From: Torpedo marmorata
Taxonomy: Eukaryota
Length of the DNA: 64,000 nt
Direction: 5' to 3'
Assembly: GCA_977017645.1 (NCBI GenBank)
Contig: OZ360220.1
Coordinates: 128,464,001-128,528,000, forward strand
Program-made: the position numbers and the translations under genes
Shown here: one piece after another, positions 25,501 to 36,999 of the stretch
How positions within the stretch are numbered: position 1 is the stretch's first letter
Layout: each line of letters starts with the position of its first letter
The notes under the pieces: model-generated
Databases searched by the model: none
Told to the model about the DNA's origin: nothing
The model's input: only the letters and a program-made list of their open reading frames with translations

Positions 25501-27049
25501 AGAAGCAAAATAAAGTGGCCTTGATGAGAAAAGCTGTCCAAGCACACAGAGCTTACACAGACCTGGTAAGTGAAAGTATTGGTCCATGCTCAACATTTTC
25601 TCTCTTGTTCCCAAATTCCCCTACCAATTGTAAAAACAAAATGGGAAATGATGTGGAGTATTAGCACGCTATGTTGTATAGTATGGCAACAACAAGAGGC
25701 AGTGGTGACATGCATATTAGCAGTGCAGTGGGCGGTTGCACATTTATAAGGGGATGGAGAGTTCTGGTGCAACTGGTATAGGTAAAGTAGCATTGTATAT
25801 TAATAGTTGATCATTTTATTTTCAGGCAATTAGAGGTCAAGCAATTGATAGACATTTATTGGGCCTTAAACTACAGGCCATAGAGGATCTGGTTCGAATC
25901 CCAGAGATCTTTATGGACACATCCTATGCTGCTGCCTTTCACTTCAAGTTATCAACCAGCCAGGTGAGGCATTCTGCATCATTTAAATACAGATTATACC
26001 TCTCTTTCCATGTTCTCAATAGAAAACAAAATGGAAAGTTTGAATTTATATTTGTATTGCAAGCTTGGGATACCCCAGTGTTTTACAGGCATTTAAGCAG
26101 TTTTTGAAATATAATCATTGTTGTTTGTTGGACTTGATTCTGTCCAAGTTGGCTGTTGAATTTCCTGTTTAAAGCAATGAGATGATTGATTTTGTGATAT
26201 TGGTGGTGGTATGAACATCGATCAGGAAAATAAGAACTCTTGTGCTTTTCAAAGTTTACGCCTTGGGACCAAAGGAATAACTAGAAGGGTATAGGTTCCA
26301 GCAGTGCTCAACTTGTAGGGGCTTGAATGTTGAAAGCTATTACCAGTACTGGAACAGATGCTTAGATTCCACTGTAAGCTGGCATTAAGGTTATCGATTA
26401 GAATGAGGGGATGTGAGATATATCAGAGGGAAATAATGATGCAGATAAGGAATCAGACTGCATTGTGTAGCCAATGTATATTCATGGATGTAACTGCTGG
26501 TTGCTGACTCCAAAAATCAGGATTTTTGGGAAGCTGGGTTTGCAAGTTATTGACTCTAGGATATTTTGAGTTTGAAAGTGGGCTTGCTTCTGCTCAGGTT
26601 GTGGTATTTTAAATTCTATGGTTAATGTCCTGATTACCATGAGATAGTGGCTGGCTTTGGGTTGTGGCATTGGAGTGATCAGCTTTTGTCTTTAGCCTTG
26701 AGTTGTGGGAGAAACGGCAGAGAATAGCTGCTTAAGGTAGTGAAGGGATTCTGACAACCTATACTCCTTTTTATGTGGGTCAGTGTTTTGAGGGAAAAGC
26801 AAGTCTGAAGTGACTTTATTATGTCCTTTGTAGGTTCCAGCTAAGACAGATTGCCTGATGTGTTTCGGGCCTGTCGTGCCAGATGGTTATGGTGTGTGCT
26901 ACAACCCCATGGACAACCACATCAACTTCTCAGTGTCTGCTTTCAACAGCTGTGCAGAGACCAATGCAGCTAAACTCGCCCACTTCTTGGAGCAGGCACT
27001 AGTTGATGTGAGAGATCTGCTTATGCAGACACACAGCTCAAAACTCTGA
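1091..27049 (+). CDS. CRAT: Carnitine O-acetyltransferase, 5'-partial; 12 coding exons in window, 528 aa visible
   Basis: Exons 1091-1209, 2905-2958, 3431-3593, 6641-6815, 9035-9213, 10147-10247, 13479-13598, 17503-17625, 22264-22399, 25503-25565, 25826-25963 and 26834-27049 join in one frame (1587 nt) with GT-AG introns. Motifs: [21 protein letters not shown] (catalytic His), [45 protein letters not shown]-terminal SKL. Confidence 0.97.
1850..2235 (+). mobile_element. Old tRNA-derived SINE with an internal (TA)n at 1968-1994
   Basis: B-box-like gtttgaatccc; tail caataaatgctagc...tgaatgaataaa. Confidence 0.6.
2905..2958 (+). CDS. CRAT: CRAT exon ([17 protein letters not shown])
   Basis: ttccag acceptor, gtaagt donor, 54 nt, phase-consistent. 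Confidence 0.95.
3431..3593 (+). CDS. CRAT: CRAT exon ([29 protein letters not shown]...HNFQ)
   Basis: tctcag acceptor, gtaggt donor; PLCMNQY motif. Confidence 0.96.
3958..5903. mobile_element. PIF/Harbinger-like MITE hosting nested insertions
   Basis: TIRs gcccctttcacaccgcca / tgacggtgtgaaaggggc, flanked by tta/tag; internal ttcacac subterminal repeats. Confidence 0.75.
4349..5547 (-). mobile_element. Rex1/Babar-clade LINE, 5'-truncated
   Basis: ORF 4913-5494 with [20 protein letters not shown] and KFADDTTV; 3' end caataaattctgattctg. Confidence 0.9.
6641..6815 (+). CDS. CRAT: CRAT exon ([15 protein letters not shown]...AYNTLIK)
   Basis: ttgcag acceptor, gttggt donor, 175 nt. Confidence 0.95.
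7565..8245 (-). mobile_element. L1-clade LINE 3' fragment with internal deletion and poly(A) tail
   Basis: IKYLGI...[16 protein letters not shown] joined directly to the C-terminal WKS...LEKIKY...FLKIWQPY; AATAAA and an A tail near 7565-7595. Confidence 0.82.
8385..8850 (+). mobile_element. Old RTE-X-like LINE 3' remnant
   Basis: MEYS..WM remnant; 3' tail resembles that of the SINE at 1850-2235. Confidence 0.5.
9035..9213 (+). CDS. CRAT: CRAT exon ([20 protein letters not shown]...NRWFDKTLQ)
   Basis: ctacag acceptor, gtgtgt donor; NRWFDK acyltransferase signature. Confidence 0.96.
10147..10247 (+). CDS. CRAT: CRAT catalytic exon ([33 protein letters not shown])
   Basis: ccacag acceptor, gtaaga donor; HxxxE catalytic motif. 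Confidence 0.96.
11404..12052 (-). mobile_element. Rex1/Babar LINE 3' fragment, same family
   Basis: Near-identical to 4349-5000; [13 protein letters not shown]; same tail. Confidence 0.9.
12270..13403 (+). mobile_element. Rex1/Babar LINE 3' fragment, second subfamily
   Basis: [13 protein letters not shown] and [10 protein letters not shown] remnants; tail gacaataaacttgacttgac. Confidence 0.85.
13479..13598 (+). CDS. CRAT: CRAT exon ([39 protein letters not shown])
   Basis: ttccag acceptor, gtgaga donor, 120 nt. Confidence 0.93.
13847..14683. mobile_element. Tc1/mariner (pogo/Tigger-like) MITE with a GC-rich internal minisatellite
   Basis: TA TSD; TIR ccatatttgatggcatataagac / gtcttatatgccatcaaatacgg. 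Confidence 0.85.
15900..17286. mobile_element. Tc1/mariner (pogo/Tigger-like) composite MITE
   Basis: TA TSD; TIR ccgtattttcacgcacataacg / cgttatatgcgtaaaaatatag; internal ~200-bp direct repeat. Confidence 0.82.
17503..17625 (+). CDS. CRAT: CRAT exon (MVRDVDIK...[18 protein letters not shown])
   Basis: cactag acceptor, gtgtat donor; SPDAFIQ motif. Confidence 0.96.
19259..22080 (-). mobile_element. CR1 LINE ORF2 (APE and RT), degraded
   Basis: [10 protein letters not shown]...VAITETW; [14 protein letters not shown]; [13 protein letters not shown]; [10 protein letters not shown]; LVRPHLEYC; CR1-type 3' tail. Confidence 0.93.
22264..22399 (+). CDS. CRAT: CRAT exon ([29 protein letters not shown]...QEQ)
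   Basis: tggcag acceptor, gtactt donor; TYESAS and GRTDTIRS motifs. Confidence 0.96.
22952..23903. mobile_element. PIF/Harbinger-like MITE
   Basis: TIRs ggccttttcacattggca / tgccagtgtgaaaggggc; repeated ttcacactgg motifs. Confidence 0.75.
23993..24174 (-). mobile_element. tRNA-derived V-SINE/HE1-like SINE, internally deleted
   Basis: A box ggcgtagcgg; B box attcgaatccc; core gtatgttcttcccgtg; CR1-like tail. Confidence 0.75.
25503..25565 (+). CDS. CRAT: CRAT exon ([21 protein letters not shown])
   Basis: tttag acceptor, gtaagt donor, 63 nt. Confidence 0.93.
25826..25963 (+). CDS. CRAT: CRAT exon ([22 protein letters not shown]...LSTSQ)
   Basis: tttcag acceptor, gtgagg donor; DRHL and STS motifs. 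Confidence 0.96.
26834..27049 (+). CDS. CRAT: CRAT last coding exon ([20 protein letters not shown]...QTHSSKL*)
   Basis: ttgtag acceptor; TGA stop at 27047-27049; PTS1 SKL. Confidence 0.96.
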   Translation, partial: VPAKTDCLMCFGPVVPDGYGVCYNPMDNHINFSVSAFNSCAETNAAKLAHFLEQALVDVRDLLMQTHSSKL

Positions 27050-27797
27050 AGCAGCCGGGTAATGAAGGTGGATGGACTCTTTGTCCTCAGCCAAAATTAA
27101 GTGGCATCCAGGCATGAGCACATGATTCGATTGTGTTGTGAGGGTTGGTGTTTGTCAAATGGCATGAGGTGTCCTTCCTGAGGCACTGATTACCCAGAGA
27201 AGTGAGTTTGTTTTAAAAAAAAAAAAAAAAATCCTTTTAAAGATTTCTAAAAGTAATAATTTTAAGGGGAAAAAATTGGAAATGTTGCAGTTATCAGATG
27301 AAAGGTGCTCATTTTCCATTCAAATTGGCTCCCTTCCCAAGTGACCACCACTGTTCATAGCCTCAGGTGCTCTTCACCACTGCCCCCTCCTCCCCAAATG
27401 TGCCAGTTCAGAGCAGGCAACCCACTCAATGTGCTCTCCTCGTCAATTAACACTGACTAATCACCAATTCACTAGCTGGAGTTCAGTAATAGGAATTCAG
27501 ATTGCCCTTTCTCCCTCAGGCCCTTCTTCATCTCATTGTGGCCAATTGTCTTTTTTATCTGGAATCCTCATCTGCTTCCTACATCTGAGATCCATTCACT
27601 CAAAACAAGCCTTAATTTTATAGTCTGATTCAAATACCATTATCAGAATTATCAGCTTGTTTTGGTCATTAAACATAACTAGATTGCTGGAGCATAAAAC
27701 AGCTTACTGTTGTGGGGAAAAAAATTGAAGTATGTTTCTCTGAATACTGAAAAGATACAAATACCAAACTTTTTTTGCGGCGCCGACATGATGAAAA

Positions 27798-27951
27798 NNN
27801 NNNNNNNNNNNNNNNNNNNNNNNNNNNNNNNNNNNNNNNNNNNNNNNNNNNNNNNNNNNNNNNNNNNNNNNNNNNNNNNNNNNNNNNNNNNNNNNNNNNN
27901 NNNNNNNNNNNNNNNNNNNNNNNNNNNNNNNNNNNNNNNNNNNNNNNNNNN
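27798..27951. other. Assembly gap (154 N)
   Basis: Run of N. Confidence 1.
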
Positions 27952-29620
27952 GGAGAATTTCTCGTGTTTGGTGCTGCATTATCTTATTTCGTAAGCAAAG
28001 ATCAAGTTGTTTTTTGGTACGCATTAAAGATTATTTCATGCTCAAAGCCTGCCATTGTTTTGTTGTTGTTTAACCGCTGATGCTACTGAGCTGCTTAAAG
28101 CCATTGTTCCGATAACCGAAAAATATCCGAAACGCTTGGGACCGGACTCGGGAAAACGTACTGTACTCAAAGTAACCCTGTACTTGTGCTACTCACAGTT
28201 GATGCTGCAAATCCCCAGGGTCGTCAGCAGGTTCTAGTTATCCAAGGGTATATAGTTCATGCTATATGTAAAATTCTCTTACCTGCTGATTTTATATATT
28301 GCCAGTGAATTGTTGTAGTAATCTTTTATTACAGTTAGTTCACCACTCAAATGTACAATTGATGTTGAAACTCCATTTATATAGCTGGTTAAGGGATGCA
28401 AATCACAAATATCCTTTGGCCAGAATAATTTCTCATACTTTTTTTTTTGCAACCAAGGAGCTGCAAGCTGGGACAAAATCTGAATTAACATAGCAATATA
28501 CGGAAATGCATTTTAAATATGTTTCTAATGCAGGATCCAAAGGAAGTACATTACAAATTCATTTTGATCTTATGGGATTCTGCTGGTTGGATGCAGATGT
28601 GATAACTTCCAAAAGAAATTAGATATTTCTTGGGTAAAATGTACAGGGCTATAGGGGAAACATCAGTACTGGGCAAAAGCAATTGAATGCTTTTTATTTA
28701 ACATGTCATGTGGAGAGGCCCACAACTTTTTTTTAAAAAAACAGGAAAATCATGGAAGTCATTTTGGCCTTAATATACATGCTAAAGTCAAGCTGCATCG
28801 GGCACCCTTGTTCTGTTCCTGTTGGAAGTTTCTACTGTGCTTCTAATGCAAAAGCAGATTAATGGTTGTATTTAATTCACTTACCTAACATTAAGCCATT
28901 TTTAACTAAAAACAACATGCCTGATATTAGGTCTTAAAGGGAGCATTCTATGAATTCATATAGCATTGAGGCTTTGTGCTTAGATATAGGGATGGAATAA
29001 GTGCCTAATTGTTAATGAAGTGAAGAGCAGAAGGACCTTGCATTAGAAATTGCAAGGTGGCCAAATAAATAAACCATTTGTAGCCTATTAAATGAGTTAT
29101 ACAAGGCCTTGGGTGCTGACTTCAAATTTCAGCAATATTTACAGAACTGTCCTATTTGTGCTTCAGGCAATTGTAGTCACTTTCAAAAGCAGAGTGTGGA
29201 AAAATTGGACTTCCCCTCCCCCCCCCCTTAACTTTTAGTGATTAAAACTAGAAGTTCTGGTGCCTATAATTATTTTTGACCTATCACAAAAGGGATTATT
29301 TAATGCTTATGGAACTGATCAGTTAGATTTTGGAGTGTTTACAGTATTTTGTTTTTACCAATCAGGTAATAGCTGGAGAGAAATAAATTGTTCAACAGAA
29401 CTAGGACCCAAAATATTAAATTTTTCTCCCACAGATACTGTCTGTCCTGCTGGATATTTACAGCACTTGATTTGCTTTACAGTTGACTATTCATTGCCAA
29501 AGCAGTATTTCAATTTGTATCCATTTAGTTTGGCTACATTTGAGAAAATGTTCAGCCATTGGCCTCTATCACAATTAAATCTTTTACATTAATGTGTTTA
29601 GCAATTCAATCTTTGAATGT

Positions 29621-29626
29621 AATAAA
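29621..29626 (+). terminator. Candidate CRAT poly(A) signal
   Basis: AATAAA about 2.6 kb after the stop, followed by T/GT-rich sequence; other candidates exist near 29064. Confidence 0.35.
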
Positions 29627-32600
29627 ATATTTAAAGATATATTCTACCAATTTTCAGCTGCTTTGAATAAGTGCTGTTCTCCTCTATTGTGGTATTTCTT
29701 CAAGGATCAGTCCAAGTGTGTTTCTGCTTGAATGGTGGAGGAAGCTCCTGGACTGGTGTTGCTGCCAAATTCAAGAGAATCTTGGATCGTGTAGAAGCCT
29801 CACACACTTGGAGAGAAACAATGGAAATCGTGACCTACTATGCAGGATGCACTAGAAGTGTGCCTTTAGCCTAGGGTACAAAACTTTCATTCACCATAAT
29901 TTCTGGTGGAGATGGGAACTGGGTCAATACATTTCTAATCCTCCATTAATGCCTCTTTACAAATGTTTTCCTTCATTATAAGCACATGTTGAAAACAAAC
30001 CAGAACCCTACCTCCAACTTGTCTCTGTAATCTCCCCACCTAATTATCTCTAAAACAGGCAAAGACCACAGCAAAGAATTGTATTTCCATAAAATACAAT
30101 TGGAACATTGATGCACGTTTCCTTTAAAGTTGATTCCTTACAGACACTTAGCCAGTTTAACATCATTTATAACCTCAAAATTAGACAGCATCTTGTTCTT
30201 ATTCCAGAGACACAGGAGATAGAATTTTACATTGGGTCCAATTCCGATTAAAAAAAGTTAAGCAGATTGGTAATATGGGTACTCATACTATGTTTAACGC
30301 AAATCAATGTCACCTGTGAAGGGGGGGTGGGAAGAAAAAATATCTGCATTAACCAGAACAGTGGTTACAGTACTGCTACAAGATCCAACAATGTACTTTG
30401 AGCCAAAATGCCCGTCTGACATTTTTGTTTCTCACAACAGAAGTTCTGGCTTTATTAGAAGTGGGCAGAGGGTTCAATTACATCTGGCTTAACTAGATTG
30501 AAGTGCAAGTCTAAATGCAGACCATGGTCTTAGAGTGTGTAAAAATGTACTAGAATATTAGGGAATTCCATTGCTATTTCTGTCAGTCAGCATTTGCATG
30601 ATAAGCCAAATGACTTTCAGCACTGTTGTTAAAAATTTAAGTAGCAACATTACTGAGATCTTTTTAATTACAGCACAAATTAGTGCAATGGGGCAACATC
30701 AACTCCACCCCTACCAATCTGTCAAAGATAGAGTGTACAAGAGAATTATCAGCATCCATCAAATATTTTACATGTAGTTAACTATTTAATCCCAAAACAT
30801 TCAAATAAACAATGGTCAAAATAAACACCCTAAATAAAAAAGAGTAGGGAATGGTATGATACCAACCCATCTCCACAAACAAACAGGAGAGGGTTAGTAA
30901 AGGAATGATAAAACAGTTCAAGTAGAAGAGGGTTGTGAATAATGTGTTATTGGCATAGCTTAGAAATTTAATGCAATAATGTAATTTATACCAAAAACCA
31001 GTGACAACCTCCATATTAAATCCAAAGCTGGGCTACGCATTCTTCCTTTGAATCGCTTAGGAATTGGGTGAAGAGACTTCACTCTTTAAAAAAAATCAAT
31101 AGGCTTTGTTTTGAACTATTAATCTTGCACACCCAATTTTTCACAAAATGGCATTTGAGTGAATATTTGGCTGCCAGCACATATCTTTGTGTGCAGAGGA
31201 GAGTCCATTCCCTTACATGGAAGAAGCCCCAATAATGTGAGATTACTTGTGACTCGCACATTCTGTGTTGAAGTGGAAAAGGTGGCTGCTCTATATATTG
31301 AACCAAGGCTGACACATCCAGTTTGAACATGATCACAATATGTTGGCAAAGAGACCACCTAGCCATCCTGAGAAGGGAAATTCTCAATGAGCTTCAGAAA
31401 CCATTTACTTCAAGGTCCAAATTTCAATCAATTTCTGCACTATTTACCAAATATTTTTTGTTTGTATTTGACTACTTCAGCCTTGGGTTTGCACATACAT
31501 ACATCCAAATATTCATGATAAATTCAACATGGAATGTTAATAGAATAGTATTTGTAAAAGAGGGGTGATAATGCAACCAGATAGCCATCAACCTTTCACC
31601 TGTGTGCCTATTTTTCAATCCCTATCCCCCATAATATAGAAAGTGATTTAAGTTTACAAATAGCAATACATAGCATATAAAAGGTACAGTGCACCATGAG
31701 GCAATCACATTGTGAACACCAAACAAACAGAATACAAGTCAAACTACAAAACTGTGCTACATCGAGAGGAAGCACTTTTCAAAATAGCCCTTCATAATGT
31801 ACCTGAATAGCAATTACATTTAGATTTTTTTTAAATTGAAAAAACAATGGAACATTTACAGATAGCAGACATGTGCTCACCAGATAGTGAGAGCTGGTTA
31901 TTTATCCAACCATAAGGATCACAGCTTACATTTTTTTTACTATATCCAAGAAAGATTATTACAAATTCCCTTATTCAGAGATCTGATCAAATTCACTATA
32001 ACCACCTCACGTATTTCTGAACCATTGATCTGTGAGCTGCCAAACATCTACTCCCAACTTAGAATTCATAAATTCTACCCAATGTCCTGGATATTATTTG
32101 CTCTGAGCTGAACTCCCGAACATTAAACAATTTGTCTGTTCTTAAATTAAATGACTTCATTCTGTACAATGTTATTTTAAAAATGAAGAAAATCTGCACT
32201 TTGATCACAAGGTGATAATACTGCTTCTACACTCATCAAAACACCAAGGATATTTTAAACGATGAGACAATGCTAGGACAGCATTCTGCCAGTTAAACTA
32301 GCTGCAACTTTTACTGCAAGATTCAAAAAGCAAATACATCAAGGTTTTGGTATTTTCCCTCCCATATTTTTTCCAATGTACACTTTACATATAGAAGCCA
32401 CTAGGAATATACTGGATCTAAAAGAATGAAGTGGCAAGTTTAGCATCAAACAAAGACTCAACTATTGGTCATATCTGAGGTTGTGCCATTTCAGTATTGT
32501 TATACTTTAAAAAAAATATAACTCAGTGAGCAAGGGAAACCAATTTATCGAGGATTAATGATTCACAACAAAAAACACCAGGAATGGAGAAGTAACTTGG

Positions 32601-35368
32601 CATTACTGAGCAACATCAATCAGGCTCTGGTGATTACCTTAGCTTCATTAGTTATTTGCTCCATAGTACCCTGATCCACTGATTACTTCCATGAAGCACT
32701 GATCATCAGTATCTCTGTTTATACCCGTGACCACTGGCATGTTTAAAACCACCAACATTCCTGTATTTTGGCTGACCATTTTGTTGCAGGTGACATGTTG
32801 GTAATTTAAAAAATTTAGGGACAGCTGCAAAGTCACAACCAGAAATAGAGATAAGCTAAATAAGCACCAACTCAGGAAGAATACATATTTTACTCTTAAA
32901 CAATATTTAAAACTTCTCAACATACTACACAGAAGAAATATAATCACACACCTCTTATAGCACCTGCATAAGACAGGTTTTTTTCAAGTTTAAATAAGAT
33001 TAAACTATCTGAAATAAGTACAACTAACCTATTCTGGAAATTCACTGTACTTTAAATGTATAGTCTTTACAACAGACTGAATTAATATCTGCTAGGAGTG
33101 AAAGTGAGAATAAATAAGCACGTATGTGTGAAAGATTTAAAAATAAATCAGTGAGAGAAAGCCAGGTCCAAAAATGTACACCATTTCAAAATACATGATG
33201 CCATCATTTGTTGATTCTCATTATTTTTCCCTCATACTTAATGATATATCATGCAGACCATTTAATCTATATTACACCACTTATTTCCTTATAACCCATT
33301 TAATATAGCTCCAGAATGCTTTTCATAACTCCAGCCTACACTAGGGATTATTTACAGCAACCAGTTAACCTAACCAGTACATCTTTGGGATGTGGAAGGA
33401 AACCAGAACACCACAGTAACCCAGTCATGGGGAGAATGCCCAAACTCCACACAGCAAATCTAATTCTAATCATAATGTTCCACTTTTCTCTTTTCCCTTG
33501 ACCCCTTTCCAGAGCAGGAGTTCTACCAATGCTAGAATTATTCTTTATCTAATCATCAATTATTTGCATTCGCTGCTCGATTATCTAGCTGTGGGTGGCA
33601 CTGCAGCCAAGCTTGTTACTCACACACAATCTCACAGACTGGTTATTGGACCCTGAGCAGGGGCATCTACTTAAATCAATCTACCTTGTTTCTCCTTGAC
33701 TTCTGTTCCGGCCTTAGTACCTAGATTTTGAAGCACAGGAACCATTCAGTCAATAAACAAACGACTTAGCACTGGACCCAAGTTTCACTAAGTCCTCTTG
33801 GTTCACCATCAAACCACCTGGTAGGAAACACATGGCTGCTTCCATTATTTCAGACAGAAGATAACATTGTAGTTCAATGACTGCATAAGTGAGAAAAGTC
33901 AAGCATGAAGTCAAGTTATCACGTGACAGTTATACAAATTGGGGTTTCATTTGCAGAAGCACGGACAGCACTCCAAGTAATTTAAAACTCCACTAAGTTG
34001 GTTTGACATCATTTTTATACTTGCTACTTTGATTTTAGTATGCCCAAGATAGTATACTCAAGTTTATTCATTAACAAGCAAAGCACCACCAATGTAAATG
34101 TATATCACACCAAAATGAGAAATAGCCCAAATAAAATTTTAAAAAAGAACACCATTGCATGCCTCCATGTCAATGACCTTACTACCTTCAAGCAAAACCA
34201 GAGGGTCACTTCGCACACTCCACCTCAGATTTGAAATTTAAAATCAGTTTTGAATATAGTGAATATGGTATCAGGTCAACAACAAGCTCAAGCTTGACCA
34301 CTTGATGGCAACTGACTACCAGCGCACAAACATTTAGAGAGGGGCAAACAACTTTTGGAAAATCAAGACTATTCCACGTACCATGCAAACATAAAATTCC
34401 CTCCTCCTAAAACATATCTATGTAATTTCAAACACCTTAATTTCCAAATATTTATTTAAAATGATAAATGTTACACAAAAGCAATTTTTAAATCAAAATA
34501 TCTGTTGTTTTTTTATTGTATTTTGAAATGCTAAAAAGTAAAAATCATGATTCTACCTAGGTACGAGCCAATACACTAACAACCTTTTTTTTGGAAAAAG
34601 AAATCTTTCACTATCAATGGTCTTCACATCAAGCAATTGACCTGCAATTTTAGTCACGTGATTAATCACTGTAGTACATGCACTCTGTTAATTCCTCCCT
34701 TCAAACAACATTGCTTTAATCTTGATGATCAACCTGCATTTGGAAACAGCAAAGTAAGTTGTATTGTTCCAAGGTAGGGGCTTTCTTGAGAGAAAGTATA
34801 ACCAGTTGCCCCACACAATTCCCTGTTCCTTAGGTAAGTACTGCACTAAAAGGTTTACCGAACTGACAACCAAATCAAAGAACTGATATTCCCATTAGGT
34901 TACTAACATGCAAATAGGTCATGGGATCAAATGAATTCCTCATCTCCACGTATATGTTGGTTTTTCATCAATACTACATCTGCAAAATGTTGGATATCAG
35001 GTAAATGTCAAACACTCAAGCATGAGCAAAATTTGACAGCCTGTTATTTGAATTACTCCGGTCATGGAAGCAAAATCTTCAAGAGTAGCTAATTGCCCTT
35101 TAAATTTGAGACCAATTTGTAATTCAAACTCAGATGGTACTTTTAATGTTGGAACTATTTGTGGGCAGTGATGGTCAATGTCTTTACTGCTCAAGAACTG
35201 CATAGGAATCTAGAATGTACCTCAATGCCAGGATACTGTATTCTATCCTAGCACATCTCATTAAACATAGAAGGAACTGTATTTACACAGCATTTTTCAT
35301 GCCCTTCACTAGAGCATTCTAAATCCTTATGGGCCATGACACGTGACTGTTGTTAAAAAAAATGCCTG

Positions 35369-35718
35369 TGTAGCCGACTGCTACGAAGAAACAAACACAC
35401 GCAGTGTGGAAGGTTAAGCTCTCTCCTTTGAGGCTGGAAATGCTTCTTTTATACAGTTGGAGTTCCCGCCTTTTGGTTGATTGGTTGACATCAGCCGCAT
35501 GAATAACAATAGCAGGCGGGAACGTTCTTGCATATGAATACACTTCTTCTTCAGCCTGGTATTGATCTGTTAGCTGGGCAGCTTGGCCAGCGCCATTTTA
35601 GGGCTGCTGGTCTTGTACTGCTCCAGCTTGCTATGCTAAGGGTCGCGTTCGTGTGTTATGCCGCTGTTTACTACCGCGCGCTGTGCCGGCTCGATCTCCG
35701 CGGTGGCGGGCCTCTACA
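35369..35718 (-). repeat. 3' LTR of the Gypsy element (350 bp)
   Basis: Direct repeat of 39481-39836; preceded on the - strand by the polypurine tract GGAGGGGGG (35730-35722). Confidence 0.95.
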
Positions 35719-35719
35719 T

Positions 35720-36972
35720 GACCCCCCTCCAGAACCGGCGCTACAGTTCATAGTGTCCGTGGATGCAGTCCCCAATGTCTTTGGTGGTCTGCTTCTGCAC
35801 CGAGGTGCTGTCGTCTCCACGGGTTGTGGCGGGTCCATGTGCGCTGGTTTGAGCCTGTCTGCGGTGAAGACTTCTGGGTTGCCACCGAGGTCCAGTTCGA
35901 AGGTGGCCCCGTTGTTCCGGATGACTCGGAAGGGGCCTTCGTAGGGCTTCTGTAGCGGTGGACGGTGTGGCCCTCTGCATACGAACACACTCAGTCTTGG
36001 AGTTCTTTAGGGATGTTGAACTTGGCTTGCCCGTGTCTGGAGGGTGGGATCGGAGCCAGGTTACCGACCTTTTCCCGCAGCCTGTCCAGGAAGGTGGTTG
36101 TATCCTCCTGTTGACCTCTGGCCGGTGGGAAGAAGTCCCCGGGGACCATGAGTGGAGCTCCGTAGACGAGCTCGGCGGAGGATGTGTGGAGGTCTTCCTT
36201 CGGGGCTGTACGAATCCCCAGCAATGCCCATGGCAGTTCGTCAACGCAGTTGGGGCCCTTGAGTCTGGTCATAAGGGCGGACTTGAGGTGCCTGTGGAAG
36301 CGCTCAACCAGCCCGTTAGACTGCGGGTGGTATGCTGTCGTGTGGTGTAGCTGAGCGCCCCACAGATTGGCAACATCAGTCCACAGGCTGGAGGTAAATT
36401 CTGCGCCTCTGTTGGAGGTTATGTGGCGTGGTAGCCCGAACCTTTCTACCCAGGACGAGACGAGTGCCTTGGCGCAGGACCTGGTGGATGTGTCGGCCAG
36501 GGGGATTGCTTCTGGCCACCGGGTGAAACGGTCGACCACCGTGAACAGGTAGGGGAAACCCTGTGAGACTGGTAAGGGTCCCATTATGTCCACGTGAATG
36601 TGGTCAAACCTTCGCTCCGTTGGCTCAAAAGGCTGCGGGGGGACCTTGGTGTGCCGCTGTACCTTGGCTGTTTGGCACTGTGCGCGTCTTGGCCAACCCG
36701 CTGACTTGTTTCCGCAATCCAAGCCACGCGTACTTGCTGGCCACCAACCGGATCGTGGTCCTGATTGATGGATGTGCCAGCCCGTGGATGGAGTCGAAAA
36801 CTCGTCGCCTCCATGCCGTTGGGACGATAGGTCGAACCTGCCCAGTGGCCACGTCGCACAGGAGGGTAGTGTTACCTGTGCCGACTGGGATGTCCTGAAG
36901 CTGCAGCCCCGTGACGGCGGTCCTGTACTGAGGCATCTCGTCGTCCTGCTGCTGTGCCTCCGCCAGTGCCAC
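35720..36972 (-). pseudogene. Gypsy integrase, frameshifted
   Basis: HGLAHPS zinc finger; HIHVDIMGPLP; TTAYHPQSNGLVERFH; C-terminal PYEGPF. Confidence 0.9.
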
Positions 36973-36999
36973 GAAATCCAGTCCGTTAGCCAGAGAGTG

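Noticed and set aside
27704-28080. ORFs spanning the gap
   Set aside because: Artefacts of N translated as X.
29700-35360. Hidden gene between CRAT and DOLPP1
   Set aside because: Only short AT-rich ORFs and old SINE remnants; I could not support any exon chain or protein motif.
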